A stretch of 57,117 bases of DNA from Syntrophobacteria bacterium (GTDB taxonomy: Bacteria; Desulfobacterota; Syntrophobacteria; BM002). Each line of letters begins with the position of its first letter. Position 1 is the first letter of the stretch. Positions 9,259-18,673 of the stretch are shown one piece after another. The stretch spans positions 1-57,117 of the forward strand of contig JBFFBS010000001.1 of assembly GCA_041560295.1 (NCBI GenBank). Reading direction: 5' to 3'. The position numbers were made by a program, and so were the translations under genes. The notes below the pieces were generated by a model that was given only the letters and a program-made list of their open reading frames with translations, searched no databases and was not told the DNA's origin.

Positions 9259-10641
9259 ATGCTGCCCCAGAAAGTTCTTGAAGAGATTAATAGCAACCGC
9301 CAACGCTATGTGGCAGAGCTTGCCGAATTCTTGCGGATTCCCAGTGTGAGCACAGATTCAGAGTATGCTAAGAACACCCGGCAAAGTGCAGAATGGGTGG
9401 TCAACAAACTCAAGAAGCTGGGATTTCAAACAGAGCTTCGTGAAACTGCGGGGCATCCTGTTGTCTGCGGGCACCTCGTGTATGATGCCAGTCTACCCAC
9501 ACTTCTTATCTACGGGCATTACGACGTTCAGCCCCCGGATCCTTTGGATGAATGGGTTACTCCGCCCTTCTCCCCTGACATTCGGGACGGTTACATCTAT
9601 GCAAGGGGGGCCACCGATAACAAGGGACAATGCCTCACCTATCTCGAGGCCATGGAAGCGATACTGGCAGTAAGTGGGAAGCTGCCCCTCAATGTCAAAG
9701 TTCTGGTTGAGGGGGAGGAGGAAATTGGCAGTCCCAACCTCGGTCCATTTTTGCAGGCAAATCTCGATGAGCTCAAGACCGATGTCATTGCCATTTCGGA
9801 CGGCTCCCAATTTGCACCTGATATCCCTGCCATCACCTATGGATTGAGAGGACTTTCCTATCTGGAGGTGGGAGTACAGGGTCCACGCTTCGATCTCCAT
9901 TCCGGAAGTTTTGGCGGGCTTGTGGCCAACCCCGTTCAGGTCCTTGCTGAAATGCTGGCCCAATTAAAAAATGAAGACGGAACCGTTGCGATTCCCGATT
10001 TTTATGACGATGTACGGCAACTGGAACCAAGAGAGCGTCAGGAAATGGCCGATTTGCCTGTGGATGAAGTTGCACTAAGAAAATACTTGGGAGTTGACCA
10101 ACTGGTAGGTGAACCTGACTGTTCCATTGTGGAGCGCAAGACAGCACGTCCCACACTAGATGTAAACGGCATCTGGGGAGGATTCTCAGGCGAGGGAGCA
10201 AAAACAATTATCCCTGCCAAAGCCGGAGCCAAGGTGAGCATGAGGTTAGTGCCGGATCAGCGTGCAGCAACCATCAATGAGCTCTTCAAGAATTTTGTTT
10301 CCTCCATTGCTCCACCCGGTGTTACTATCCAGATCTCCGAAATGCACGGATCAGATCCCGTTCTGGTGGAACGCGACCAACCAGCGGTGCAAGCTGCTGC
10401 CAGGGCTATTGAATTCGGATTTGGCAAAAGCCCGGTGTACATTCGAGAAGGTGGCTCCATTCCCATTGTGGGCCTCTTTAAAGAAATGCTCGGCTGCAAG
10501 AGTATTTTACTTTTGGGGTGGGGCAGCCCCGATGACGGCGCCCATTCCCCTAATGAACGTTTTTCCCTGGAAGACTTCCACCGTGGCATCCTCTCCGCTG
10601 CGGCTCTTTGCTATGCTTTAGAGGAATCTTTCGGAGGTTAG
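9259..10641 (+). CDS. M20 family metallopeptidase (dipeptidase-like)
   Basis: 460 aa with LLIYGHYDVQPPDP...ARGATDNKGQ...VEGEEEIGS motifs of the ArgE/DapE/CNDP M20 family. Confidence 0.9.
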   Translation: MLPQKVLEEINSNRQRYVAELAEFLRIPSVSTDSEYAKNTRQSAEWVVNKLKKLGFQTELRETAGHPVVCGHLVYDASLPTLLIYGHYDVQPPDPLDEWVTPPFSPDIRDGYIYARGATDNKGQCLTYLEAMEAILAVSGKLPLNVKVLVEGEEEIGSPNLGPFLQANLDELKTDVIAISDGSQFAPDIPAITYGLRGLSYLEVGVQGPRFDLHSGSFGGLVANPVQVLAEMLAQLKNEDGTVAIPDFYDDVRQLEPRERQEMADLPVDEVALRKYLGVDQLVGEPDCSIVERKTARPTLDVNGIWGGFSGEGAKTIIPAKAGAKVSMRLVPDQRAATINELFKNFVSSIAPPGVTIQISEMHGSDPVLVERDQPAVQAAARAIEFGFGKSPVYIREGGSIPIVGLFKEMLGCKSILLLGWGSPDDGAHSPNERFSLEDFHRGILSAAALCYALEESFGG

Positions 10642-10810
10642 ACGTTGAAATGCGTGACGGTGGCAGTTATTATAATTGACAGTCTTCGTGAACCCTGCTA
10701 ACTCTTTCTATACTCTGTCAAACTCATGATATTTAAACTTCCAATTGACGGTAGCCAAGATAATTTTGACCTATACCTCGTCTAAGACTTAGGGATATCG
10801 AGGAGGAGAT

Positions 10811-11359
10811 ATGCTGCAAGACTATCCCAAAGAGGCATTATTGAAGGATGGTTTCAGTTGTACCCTGAGGCCAATGATCAGTGATGATCTGGAGGGTCTT
10901 TACCGGTTTTTTGTTTCACTTCCTGCAAAGGATCTGAGATACCTGCGCGACGATCCGACAGACCGGAGACTGGTTGAGAAATGGTGCAGGGAGATCAACT
11001 ACGACAGGGTCCTACCGATTCTGGCGGAGCACGAAGGTCGAATAATCGCAAACGCGACTCTTCACAGGCAAACCTCTGGCTGGGGGAAGCATGTCGGTGA
11101 AATCCGAGTAACCATCGCCACTGAAGTCAGGCAGCGCGGCCTGGGCTTCAGAATGGTGGAAGAACTCTCAAGCCTCGCCCGCGCCGCCGGCCTGGATAAG
11201 CTCTGCGCCAGAGCCATTGCTTCGCAGACCGATGCGATAACGGTCTTTGAAAAGAATGGCTATAGCCTGGTAGCCACCCTGAAAAATTTCGTAAAAGATG
11301 TCCATCAAGATGAGTACCAAGACATCGCTATTCTGGTTAAGGATTTAAGCCAGGAATAG
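10811..11359 (+). CDS. GNAT family N-acetyltransferase (Pat-like stand-alone GNAT domain)
   Basis: 182 aa with YP..ALLKDG...LRPM..DD at the N-terminus and the acetyl-CoA loop RQRGLGFRM. It is a paralogue of ORF 12872..13411. Confidence 0.8.
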   Translation: MLQDYPKEALLKDGFSCTLRPMISDDLEGLYRFFVSLPAKDLRYLRDDPTDRRLVEKWCREINYDRVLPILAEHEGRIIANATLHRQTSGWGKHVGEIRVTIATEVRQRGLGFRMVEELSSLARAAGLDKLCARAIASQTDAITVFEKNGYSLVATLKNFVKDVHQDEYQDIAILVKDLSQE

Positions 11360-11378
11360 CGAAGACCAAGGAGCTTCT

Positions 11379-12557
11379 ATGCGAGAGGTGGTCATAGCGA
11401 GTGCTGTTCGCACTGCCATAGGTAAATTCGGCGGCAAGCTGAGCTCTGTACCTGCTGCTGAGCTCGGGGAGATCGTAATGCAAGAACTCCTCGCCAGAGC
11501 CAAGATTCGGCCTGATAAGGTGGATGAAGTGATCATGGGGAACGTGCTGGAAGCACGGCTAGGCAAAAACCCGGCAGGACAAGCTGCAGTTCGCGCTGGA
11601 ATAAGCCAATATAGCCCCGCATTTACGGTGAGCAAGATTTGCGGCGCAGGCATGAAGGCGATATTTTTGGCTGCTCAGACGATAAAATCCGGTGACGCGG
11701 AAATTGTTATCGCTGGGGGCATGGAAAATATGAGCGAGGCAACCTTCTTACTGCAGGAAGCTAGCGACCAAGCCGAAACAGGGTCAGCAGGAGACATTGG
11801 CATAATGATCCGAGATGGGCTTTGGTGCTCCCTTGGGGATAGCAGGAAGGGTCTAACCTCGGAAGATGTCGGAGAGAAGTTCGGCATTAGCAGGAAGGAG
11901 CAGGACACCTACGCCGCGAGGAGCCATCAAAAAGCAGAAGCAGCAATAAATTCCGGCCGTTTCAAAGACGAGATCGTGCCCGTTGAGGTGACCCAAACTG
12001 CAGGAGACCCAACTATTTGTGATACCGACGAGAATCCCAGATTTGGCGCCACCCCTGAGACCTTGGCTCAGTTGGAGCCCGTCTTTGGCAAGGGTGGGAC
12101 CATAACCGCAGGGAACAGCTCCGCGGTCGCTGATGGGGCAGTAGCTCTCCTAATGATGAGTGGAGAAAAGGCCTTCAAGATGGGAATTAAGCCTATGGCT
12201 AAGCTCACCGGCTATGATTACCACTGGTCCGAACCCGAGCTGATGGGCTACGGTCCCATCTATGCGGTGCGAAGTGCTCTCCATAAAGTCTGGGCTGGTA
12301 TCGACAGGCAAATCGACCTTGTTGAGTTAAATGAGACCTTCGCTGCTCAATCCATTGTATCCTTGCGAGAATTGAACTTTGATCCTGAAATAGTAAATGT
12401 CAATGGAGGCGCCATTGCCTTAGGGCATCCCATGGGCTCAAGTGGTGCCAGGATATTAACCTCTCTTCTCTATGAGATGCAAAGAAGGGAGGTAAAAGTA
12501 GGTTTGGCAGCCGGCATGGGGATCGCCTGCATTGTCGAACGCGAATGGTACTATTAG
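11379..12557 (+). CDS. Thiolase-family protein (acetyl-CoA C-acetyltransferase homologue lacking the C-terminal CxGGG motif)
   Basis: 392 aa with REVVIASAVRTAIGKFGG, the nucleophile region VSKICGAGMKAI, NETFAAQ, and NVNGGAIALGHPMGSSGARIL. The C-terminus reads GLAAGMGIACIVE where canonical thiolases have GLATLCIGGGMG. Confidence 0.85.
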   Translation: MREVVIASAVRTAIGKFGGKLSSVPAAELGEIVMQELLARAKIRPDKVDEVIMGNVLEARLGKNPAGQAAVRAGISQYSPAFTVSKICGAGMKAIFLAAQTIKSGDAEIVIAGGMENMSEATFLLQEASDQAETGSAGDIGIMIRDGLWCSLGDSRKGLTSEDVGEKFGISRKEQDTYAARSHQKAEAAINSGRFKDEIVPVEVTQTAGDPTICDTDENPRFGATPETLAQLEPVFGKGGTITAGNSSAVADGAVALLMMSGEKAFKMGIKPMAKLTGYDYHWSEPELMGYGPIYAVRSALHKVWAGIDRQIDLVELNETFAAQSIVSLRELNFDPEIVNVNGGAIALGHPMGSSGARILTSLLYEMQRREVKVGLAAGMGIACIVEREWYY

Positions 12558-12631
12558 GATGTTTTAGGTTGGTGTTCTGAATTCAACCGTCGAGAGTCTT
12601 AGAGAGGGAATTCGGAGCGCGTGCATTATAG

Positions 12632-12795
12632 TAAATCCGAATATCGAATATCGAAACTCGAAACAAATCTAAAATACTAATGCTCAAATGTTCAAAACGG
12701 TACTGGTAATGGGTCCAATCAGAAGCTTTGGTAATTTGAATTTTGAGCATTTGAAAATTGTTTCGGATTTCGTACTTCGGATTTCGAATTTTAAG
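12632..12795. repeat. Nested hairpin element, cgaaatccgaa family (core copy without the GC module)
   Basis: Left arm gtaaatccgaatatcgaatatcgaaactcgaaacaaatc...ctcaaatgttcaaaac; right arm tttgaattttgagcatttgaaaattgtttcggatttcgtacttcggatttcgaatt. Confidence 0.8.
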
Positions 12796-12871
12796 TCTTC
12801 GCTTGAGGTCTAAAAAACCCTTCAAGTACTGCCAGATTAAAAAGACTCCCAAAGATGGAGGTTGATAGAAT

Positions 12872-13411
12872 ATGATTCTTTACGAATACCCGAAGAGAAC
12901 AACTTTAAGAGACGGGACCGAACTCACCTTAAGGCCTCTCAGAAAAGAAGACCAGCAGGCACTGCACGAATATTTCTTGAGAATGCCCCCCGAAGACCGA
13001 ATGGGGTTGAAAGACGACGTAACCGATCTCGAGGTAATTGAACATTGGATTTACGATCTGGACTATGATGTCGTCCTACCAGTGCTTGCTTTAGATGATG
13101 GCCGCATTGTGGCCAATGCCACTCTTCATTTCAATCAAATTGGCTGGACAAAACACCAGGGAGAAATTCGTATAACCAGTGACCCAGACTACAGACAAAA
13201 AGGGTTGGCAGCGCGCCTCATTCAAGAATTAATCGAGATAGCAGCCTACTTCGGTTTGGAGCAACTCACCGCAGAAATTGCACCCACATCTGTTGAAGCC
13301 CGGACAATCTTCAGGAAACTGGGTTTCAATGAGATCGCCTCCCTGCAAGGTTTCGTTAAGGACTTTGAGGAGAACCAAGCGGATCTCACCATAATGGTCA
13401 TGTATATATAA
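12872..13411 (+). CDS. GNAT family N-acetyltransferase (paralogue of 10811..11359)
   Basis: 179 aa starting MILYEYPKRTTLRDGTELTLRPLRKED, with RIVANATLH and RQKGLAARL. It aligns with the upstream GNAT over its full length by eye. Confidence 0.8.
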   Translation: MILYEYPKRTTLRDGTELTLRPLRKEDQQALHEYFLRMPPEDRMGLKDDVTDLEVIEHWIYDLDYDVVLPVLALDDGRIVANATLHFNQIGWTKHQGEIRITSDPDYRQKGLAARLIQELIEIAAYFGLEQLTAEIAPTSVEARTIFRKLGFNEIASLQGFVKDFEENQADLTIMVMYI

Positions 13412-13734
13412 GAAGTAGTTAGGAGTCAGGAGTCAGGAGCCAGGAGGAAGCATTCCAACATGTAAACACCACAACAAAATATTTTCATCTTACCCCTTGT
13501 CCTTCCTAAAGATTGCCCTCTCCACCCATCTGCCGCCAACCATAATCCTTAAAACAAATGAAAAATCTTGTGCCAATGCAATATCATATGTTAAAATGTT
13601 CACATTTCTATCTATATGAAAACAGTATACAATATTGACATACAACAGTAATTATCTGTCTTAGATGTCTCTTCTCAAAGTATTCAGGAAAGAAAGCAAT
13701 GAATCACACTCGGGCAGAAAGGGGGCGGTGAAGA

Positions 13735-14259
13735 ATGGACTTTAGAGAAGATAACGGCTGGAGTCCCTATCTGGCAGGGGCATTGAGCGGTGTTGTACTG
13801 GTACTGTCAGTTTGGATCGCTGGAAAGTTTTTTGGTGCCTCAACGTCTTTTGTTCGTTCTGCTGGATTGATCGAAAAACTCTTCAGTCCTGAACGAGTCT
13901 CGCAAATAGCATATTTCAAGAGTAAGGTACCCAAAATCGAGTGGCAGTGGATGTTCGTTCTGGGGATCCTGCTGGGATCACTGATCTCATCGATCACCTC
14001 GGGCAGCTTCCGCTGGCAAGCCCTCCCCGATATGTGGGAGAACCGTTTCGGAACCAGTCGAACCAAGCGGGCCATCATCGCCTTTCTGGGAGCGGCAGTG
14101 GCCATGTTTGGGGCCAGGTTGGCAGGCGGTTGACCTAGTGGCCATGGACTGAGCGGTTCCGTTCAGCTATCAGTTAGCGGATACATTGCCCTGGTTTGTT
14201 TCTTTGCTGGTGGTCTATTTGTGGCCAGAATTCTGTATGGTGGAGGTGATCGATCATGA
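13735..14259 (+). CDS. YeeE/YedE (PmpA-like) sulfur/selenium-transport membrane protein, candidate selenoprotein (TGA at 14131-14133 read as Sec)
   Basis: The track ORF stops at ...FGARLAGG-TGA. The same frame continues PSGHGLSGSVQLSVSGYIALVCFFAGGLFVARILYGGGDRS and ends at a TGA that overlaps the next ATG (ATGA at 14256-14259). The TGA falls exactly where the family has the conserved GGC(T/P)SGHG cysteine. Confidence 0.65.
14149..14166 (+). promoter_or_regulatory. Candidate bacterial SECIS hairpin
   Basis: CUGAGC-GGUUCC-GUUCAG forms a 6-bp stem (one G.U pair) with a G/U-containing apical loop. The loop starts 21 nt after the in-frame UGA. Confidence 0.4.
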
Positions 14260-14783
14260 AATTGCTCCTCTATGGACTGGTAACTGGGATTCTTTTTGGC
14301 TTCTTGCTGCAAAAAGGCCGGGTTCTTCGTTACGACAAGCAACTTGGCGCCTTGCGGTTGATGGACATGACCATTGTAAAATTCATGCTCTCCACTGTTC
14401 TCGTTGGCATGGTTGGAGTTTATATCCTTAAGGATTTGGGCCTGGTAAAACTATCAGTGAAACCCACCAATCTGGGTGCAAATATCATTGGTGGTCTTAT
14501 CTTTGGTGCTGGCTGGGGTCTTTTAGGCTACTGTCCGGGTACCTCTGCGGGCGCTCTTGGAGAAGGCCGGTGGGACGCCCTCTGGGGAATTATTGGCATG
14601 CTTGTCGGGGCTGCCATTTTTGCCGAAGTTTACCCCGCTCTCAAAACCAATATTCTCACGTGGGGAAATTTCGGCAAAATTACTTTGCCCCAGGTGCTCG
14701 GCGTGAACCACTGGGTTATAGTTCCCATATTCATTGTTGGGGCTTTGGCACTATTCGGATGGTTTGAGAAGAAAGGGCTGTGA
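14256..14783 (+). CDS. YeeE/YedE (PmpB-like) membrane protein, second half of the two-gene module
   Basis: 175 aa with LQKGRVLRYD and the GYCPGTSAGALGEG motif. It is hydrophobic and its start overlaps the upstream stop. Confidence 0.85.
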   Translation: MKLLLYGLVTGILFGFLLQKGRVLRYDKQLGALRLMDMTIVKFMLSTVLVGMVGVYILKDLGLVKLSVKPTNLGANIIGGLIFGAGWGLLGYCPGTSAGALGEGRWDALWGIIGMLVGAAIFAEVYPALKTNILTWGNFGKITLPQVLGVNHWVIVPIFIVGALALFGWFEKKGL

Positions 14784-14894
14784 AAAGGAGCTTTCAGCTA
14801 TCAGAAAAAACCATAGGCAGGAAATTTTCTTTTAAGCAACTTTAGGCATTTTAGTTCACTTTAGCTCATTTTAGGCATTTCCCCAGCTAAGAGC

Positions 14895-17345
14895 TTAGAT
14901 AAGTGAGATTGGATCTACATCGGCGGTCAAAGTCACTCCAAATCCTTTGAATTCTCCATAGCCCCAGTTGACAAGTTGACGGCCCACAGCGAGAAGGGGG
15001 GTCACCTTTTTCGACTTGAGCAGCAGGTGCCAGCGATGCTTGCCTTTGACGCGGGCAAGGGGAGCTGCCACCGGACCGAGCATTTGTAATTCCTGAAGAA
15101 GCTCCGGCCGTTGCTGAAGGAGTTCCTGACATTTGGCTGCGAGCCTCTGCGCAGCCTCGAAGGTCTTTTCCTCCACATTGCCCGCCAGGTGAAACAGAAT
15201 CAGTCGTCGGTATGGCGGGTAGTGCAGTTCCTGGCGAAAAGCCATCTCCTCTTTGAAAAATCCACCATAGTCGTGCATCCTGGCAAAACGAATAGAGTAG
15301 TGTTCCGGGCTGTACGTCTGCACCAGAACTGTTCCCGGACTATCACCCCGGCCTGCCCTTCCCGCCACCTGGGTCAAGACTTGAAAAGTATTCTCAGCAG
15401 CGCGGAAATCCGGCCACTGCAGAGCAATATCTGCACTCACCACCCCCACCAGAGTGATATTGGGAAAGTCATGGCCTTTGGCGATCATTTGAGTACCAAC
15501 CAGAATATCGGTCCGCCCACGGCTGAGATCAGAGAGAAACTGGCGATATGCCCGCTTGCTCCTCGTTGTGTCTCGGTCCATGCGGCTGACCTGGGCTTCC
15601 GGAAAAAGACGCTGTACTTCCGACTCCACCCGTTGGGTGCCAAAGCCAAAAGGTTTGAGGGTAGCAGCATCGCATTGGGGACACACTGGGGGTACCGCCA
15701 TAGCAAGGCCGCACAAATGGCAACGGAGTTCCTCGCCGGCCCGGTGCCAAGTAAGACTCACAGCGCAATTGTGGCACTGGGTGACATGGCCGCAGCTGCG
15801 GCAGAGGAGAAAATTGGCGTAACCGCGTCGATTGATGAGCAGCAGAGCCTGCTTCCCAGCAGCAAGGGTATCGGCCAAGGCCTGGCGCAGGGGAATAGAG
15901 AGTACATCAACCTTTCTCTGAAGCTTCATGTCGATGACGGTGACCTTGGGCAGGGGACGTTGATCTATTCGATGCGGCAGGGTAAGCAAATGGAACTTTC
16001 CTTGAAGAGCATTATGATATGAAGACAGAGCAGGAGTTGCTGAACCCATGACTACCACAGCCTCTTCCAACTTGGCTCGCATCACTGCCGCGTCTCGTCC
16101 ATTATATCGAAGGGTTCTTTCCTGTTTGTATGAATTGTCATGCTCCTCATCCACTACCACAAGTCCCAGTCGGTCTAGAGGTGCGAACAGTGCCGAGCGG
16201 GCTCCCACCACCACATCAACTTCAGCCCTGCGAACTCGCACCCACTCATCCCTCCGCTCACCACGGCCGAGGCCGCTGTGGAGGATGGCGACCCGAGATT
16301 GGAACCTTTGGCGAAAAAGTCCCTCCATCTGAGCAGTGAGAGCGATCTCCGGCACCAGGATCAGACTCTGGCGTCCCAACCGCAAGGCTTCAGCCGCGGC
16401 AGCTAGATACACCTCTGTCTTGCCGCTGCCGGTTATTCCGTGGAGCAAAAAGCTGGCGAAGCAGTTCTTTTCAAGGGCCTGGGTGATGGCCTCAAGTGCT
16501 TGCTCCTGATGACCGGTAAGCTGGTGCGGGGGAGTAGTCTCTATGAGGGGTGGGCCGACAGGGTCACGATAGACCTCTTCCAAGCCCACTGAAACCAAAC
16601 CTCGATCGGCCATTTTCCGAATCCAATAGTAACCATTCCCTACCACCCCTTTTAGTTCGCGGAGCAGTCTGGGGCCTTTTTCCAACAGTTTGAGTATTTC
16701 TTTCTCTTTTGGTTTCAGCTGTTCTTCTGAGAGGGATGATGTCTCAAAATGGTGCAGTCCTCTGACCACCTTGAGATTCCTGGGCTTTATCTGAGGCTCC
16801 TGTTGCTGATCCTCCCAGACAATCAGACTCTTACGACCAAGGGTTCGACAAACGCGGTCCACTCTCTGTTTGGGCAAGCGCCGACGAATTTGCGCCAAGG
16901 ACAAGCCAGGGTGCTCCCGGAGAAGGGAGAGCACCGCGGCTTCTTCTTCTGTCAAAGTTGACTTACGGAGTGCACGAAGGGTCGCCTCCCGAACGAAGGC
17001 GGCTCGACGGGTGCTGGCGCTGGTGCCCCTGGGTAAAGCAGACCGTATTACTTCCCCCAAAGGTGCAAGGTAGTAATCGCTGAGCCATCGATAGAACGGT
17101 AGGTGCGCTTCGCTAAAATAACATTCCTCTGAACTGACCTGAAGAACATCGCGGATGGCTGCGTCCATGCTAACGGGCAGCTGCTCTTCCAGCCTGAGTA
17201 CATAGCCGGTCAGTCGCCGCCTGCCAAATGGGACCAACACCTGCCGCCCCACTGCTATCTCCTGGCGCAAATCTGGAGGCACCCTGTAGTAATAGGTACC
17301 GATAACCGGCAGCACTACCGCCACCTCGACAAAAATCGCTCTCAT
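14895..17345 (-). CDS. priA: Primosomal protein N' (replication restart helicase PriA)
   Basis: 816 aa with Walker A GITGSGKTEVY, a DEEHD box, and a Cys-rich zinc region (CRSCGH..CHNC...CHLC...CPQC). Confidence 0.95.
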   Translation of the reverse strand: MRAIFVEVAVVLPVIGTYYYRVPPDLRQEIAVGRQVLVPFGRRRLTGYVLRLEEQLPVSMDAAIRDVLQVSSEECYFSEAHLPFYRWLSDYYLAPLGEVIRSALPRGTSASTRRAAFVREATLRALRKSTLTEEEAAVLSLLREHPGLSLAQIRRRLPKQRVDRVCRTLGRKSLIVWEDQQQEPQIKPRNLKVVRGLHHFETSSLSEEQLKPKEKEILKLLEKGPRLLRELKGVVGNGYYWIRKMADRGLVSVGLEEVYRDPVGPPLIETTPPHQLTGHQEQALEAITQALEKNCFASFLLHGITGSGKTEVYLAAAAEALRLGRQSLILVPEIALTAQMEGLFRQRFQSRVAILHSGLGRGERRDEWVRVRRAEVDVVVGARSALFAPLDRLGLVVVDEEHDNSYKQERTLRYNGRDAAVMRAKLEEAVVVMGSATPALSSYHNALQGKFHLLTLPHRIDQRPLPKVTVIDMKLQRKVDVLSIPLRQALADTLAAGKQALLLINRRGYANFLLCRSCGHVTQCHNCAVSLTWHRAGEELRCHLCGLAMAVPPVCPQCDAATLKPFGFGTQRVESEVQRLFPEAQVSRMDRDTTRSKRAYRQFLSDLSRGRTDILVGTQMIAKGHDFPNITLVGVVSADIALQWPDFRAAENTFQVLTQVAGRAGRGDSPGTVLVQTYSPEHYSIRFARMHDYGGFFKEEMAFRQELHYPPYRRLILFHLAGNVEEKTFEAAQRLAAKCQELLQQRPELLQELQMLGPVAAPLARVKGKHRWHLLLKSKKVTPLLAVGRQLVNWGYGEFKGFGVTLTADVDPISLI

Positions 17346-17427
17346 GCGTATTTTCCAAATTTCAAATAGCGCCTACTCCACTAGCTCCACATCTAAGACA
17401 CCAGAGTCCGCTAAATGCTTTTACTAA

Positions 17428-17722
17428 CCACAGAGACACGAAGAAGTGCTTCGCACTCAAATTCGAAATCCGAATTCCGAAGCACGAAATGGTTCGACCA
17501 GCTCACCACCCTGAGCCAGGTCGTAGGGCAAGTACAAAATCCGAATTCTCAAATGTTCAAAACATAACTGTCCATAGAGGTTTGTCTTGTGTTTCGGTCA
17601 TTTGGATTTTGGTAATTCGCATTTGTTTCGAAACTGGGGACCCGCCCGCAGGGTGGGGAGTCCGAAGGACCAATTTCGATATTCGGATTTCGGATTCACG
17701 CTAGCTCTGTGCCTCTGTGGTG
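17428..17722. repeat. Nested hairpin element, cgaaatccgaa family, with GC hairpin module and outer cacagag arms
   Basis: Outer arms are accacagagacacg and ctctgtgcctctgtggtg. Inner arms are aaattcgaaatccgaattccgaagcacgaaat and atttcgatattcggatttcggatt. The internal module is ctggggacccgcccgcagggtggggagtccgaagga. Confidence 0.8.
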
Positions 17723-17779
17723 AATCTTCAATCAGCCTTCCTCAGGCCACCATAATGCGTAGTAAAGTAGACAGCTACG

Positions 17780-18631
17780 TCACTCATATTTCTTTTCCAG
17801 GTAGCGGCGCATTTGTTCCAAGTCTTCAGGAGGTTTCTCTGCTGGTTCCATTGGGGGGGGCGGTGGCGGGTACTTTGCAGCAAGCGCCTCAATATCGAAG
17901 AGCGAATCCGGCAACCGTTCATTAAAGAATGCTTTCTGCACGGTTAAGCGCAGGAACAACGTATCTTGACGGTAAAACTCAATTACCCATGGCAACCAGA
18001 TGGACTCTCCCACCTTTTGATATGAGAGAAAGCGGATGTCCACCATGTCAGCGATGTTGTGATACAACCTACGCCCAATCATGCGCAAGGGCAAGAACTT
18101 GTCCTTGTCACACCAAAACTGGGGTGATTTGCCTTCTCCGGGTGGGCCGCCAATCACGTAAGCTATCCGTTTATCAAAACGGCTAATGTGTGCTTGGCTC
18201 AAATCTACCTGCTCCGACACCAGTAATGTTTCCAGGGTCTGTGGTGAGTTGGCGTGCAAAAGAATGGCGAAGACGTCCTCATGACGGGGTGGCTCTGCCA
18301 AAAGATGTCCATCTGTAACTGAAATGCGCCTACCCAAGCTTGCCAGGGTGATGTCACTTCCAGCCTCTCCAACCATTTCCTGGCGCAAGAAATCAGGTCT
18401 GGCAGCATAAATGACCATCTCCCTTCTCATCATTGCCTTGGGTAGCAAAGGGTCAGGACTCTCGGCCCATGCGACAAAATGAAAATTATATACTTTGGCA
18501 GTTTGTTTGCTTACGTACTCTATGATTTGCTCGGGAGGAAGAATATATGCCTCGGCTGCCTTATTGGTTGATACCGAGATATTCAGCAGTACCCCCAGGA
18601 ACATAATTACCGGCCAGCGCTTTAGCAACAT
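17780..18631 (-). CDS. Secreted hypothetical protein with a Pro-rich C-terminus
   Basis: 283 aa with an N-terminal signal-like segment (MLLKRWPVIMFLGVLLNISV) and a PPPPPPMEPAEKPPE tail. It lies downstream of the M23 peptidase on the same strand. No family was confidently recognised. Confidence 0.6.
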   Translation of the reverse strand: MLLKRWPVIMFLGVLLNISVSTNKAAEAYILPPEQIIEYVSKQTAKVYNFHFVAWAESPDPLLPKAMMRREMVIYAARPDFLRQEMVGEAGSDITLASLGRRISVTDGHLLAEPPRHEDVFAILLHANSPQTLETLLVSEQVDLSQAHISRFDKRIAYVIGGPPGEGKSPQFWCDKDKFLPLRMIGRRLYHNIADMVDIRFLSYQKVGESIWLPWVIEFYRQDTLFLRLTVQKAFFNERLPDSLFDIEALAAKYPPPPPPMEPAEKPPEDLEQMRRYLEKKYE

Positions 18632-18673
18632 AAGGACTCCTTCAGCAAGAAACTCCCTTTCTTATGCAGGCAT

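Noticed and set aside
13419-13447. Tandem gagtcag heptamers after the second GNAT gene as another hairpin
   Set aside because: Only one arm is clear. The possible partner (ccttgtccttcctaa near 13497) is a weak match, so it is not listed as a hairpin feature.
15111-16022. 303-aa plus-strand ORF antisense to priA (also 28358..29053 antisense to the ATPase, 34861..35436 antisense to the NHL gene, and 52305..52883 and 53274..53888 antisense to the PilB-type gene)
   Set aside because: These lie fully inside genes with strong family signatures on the other strand. Their translations are low-complexity with no recognisable motifs. They are typical shadow ORFs.
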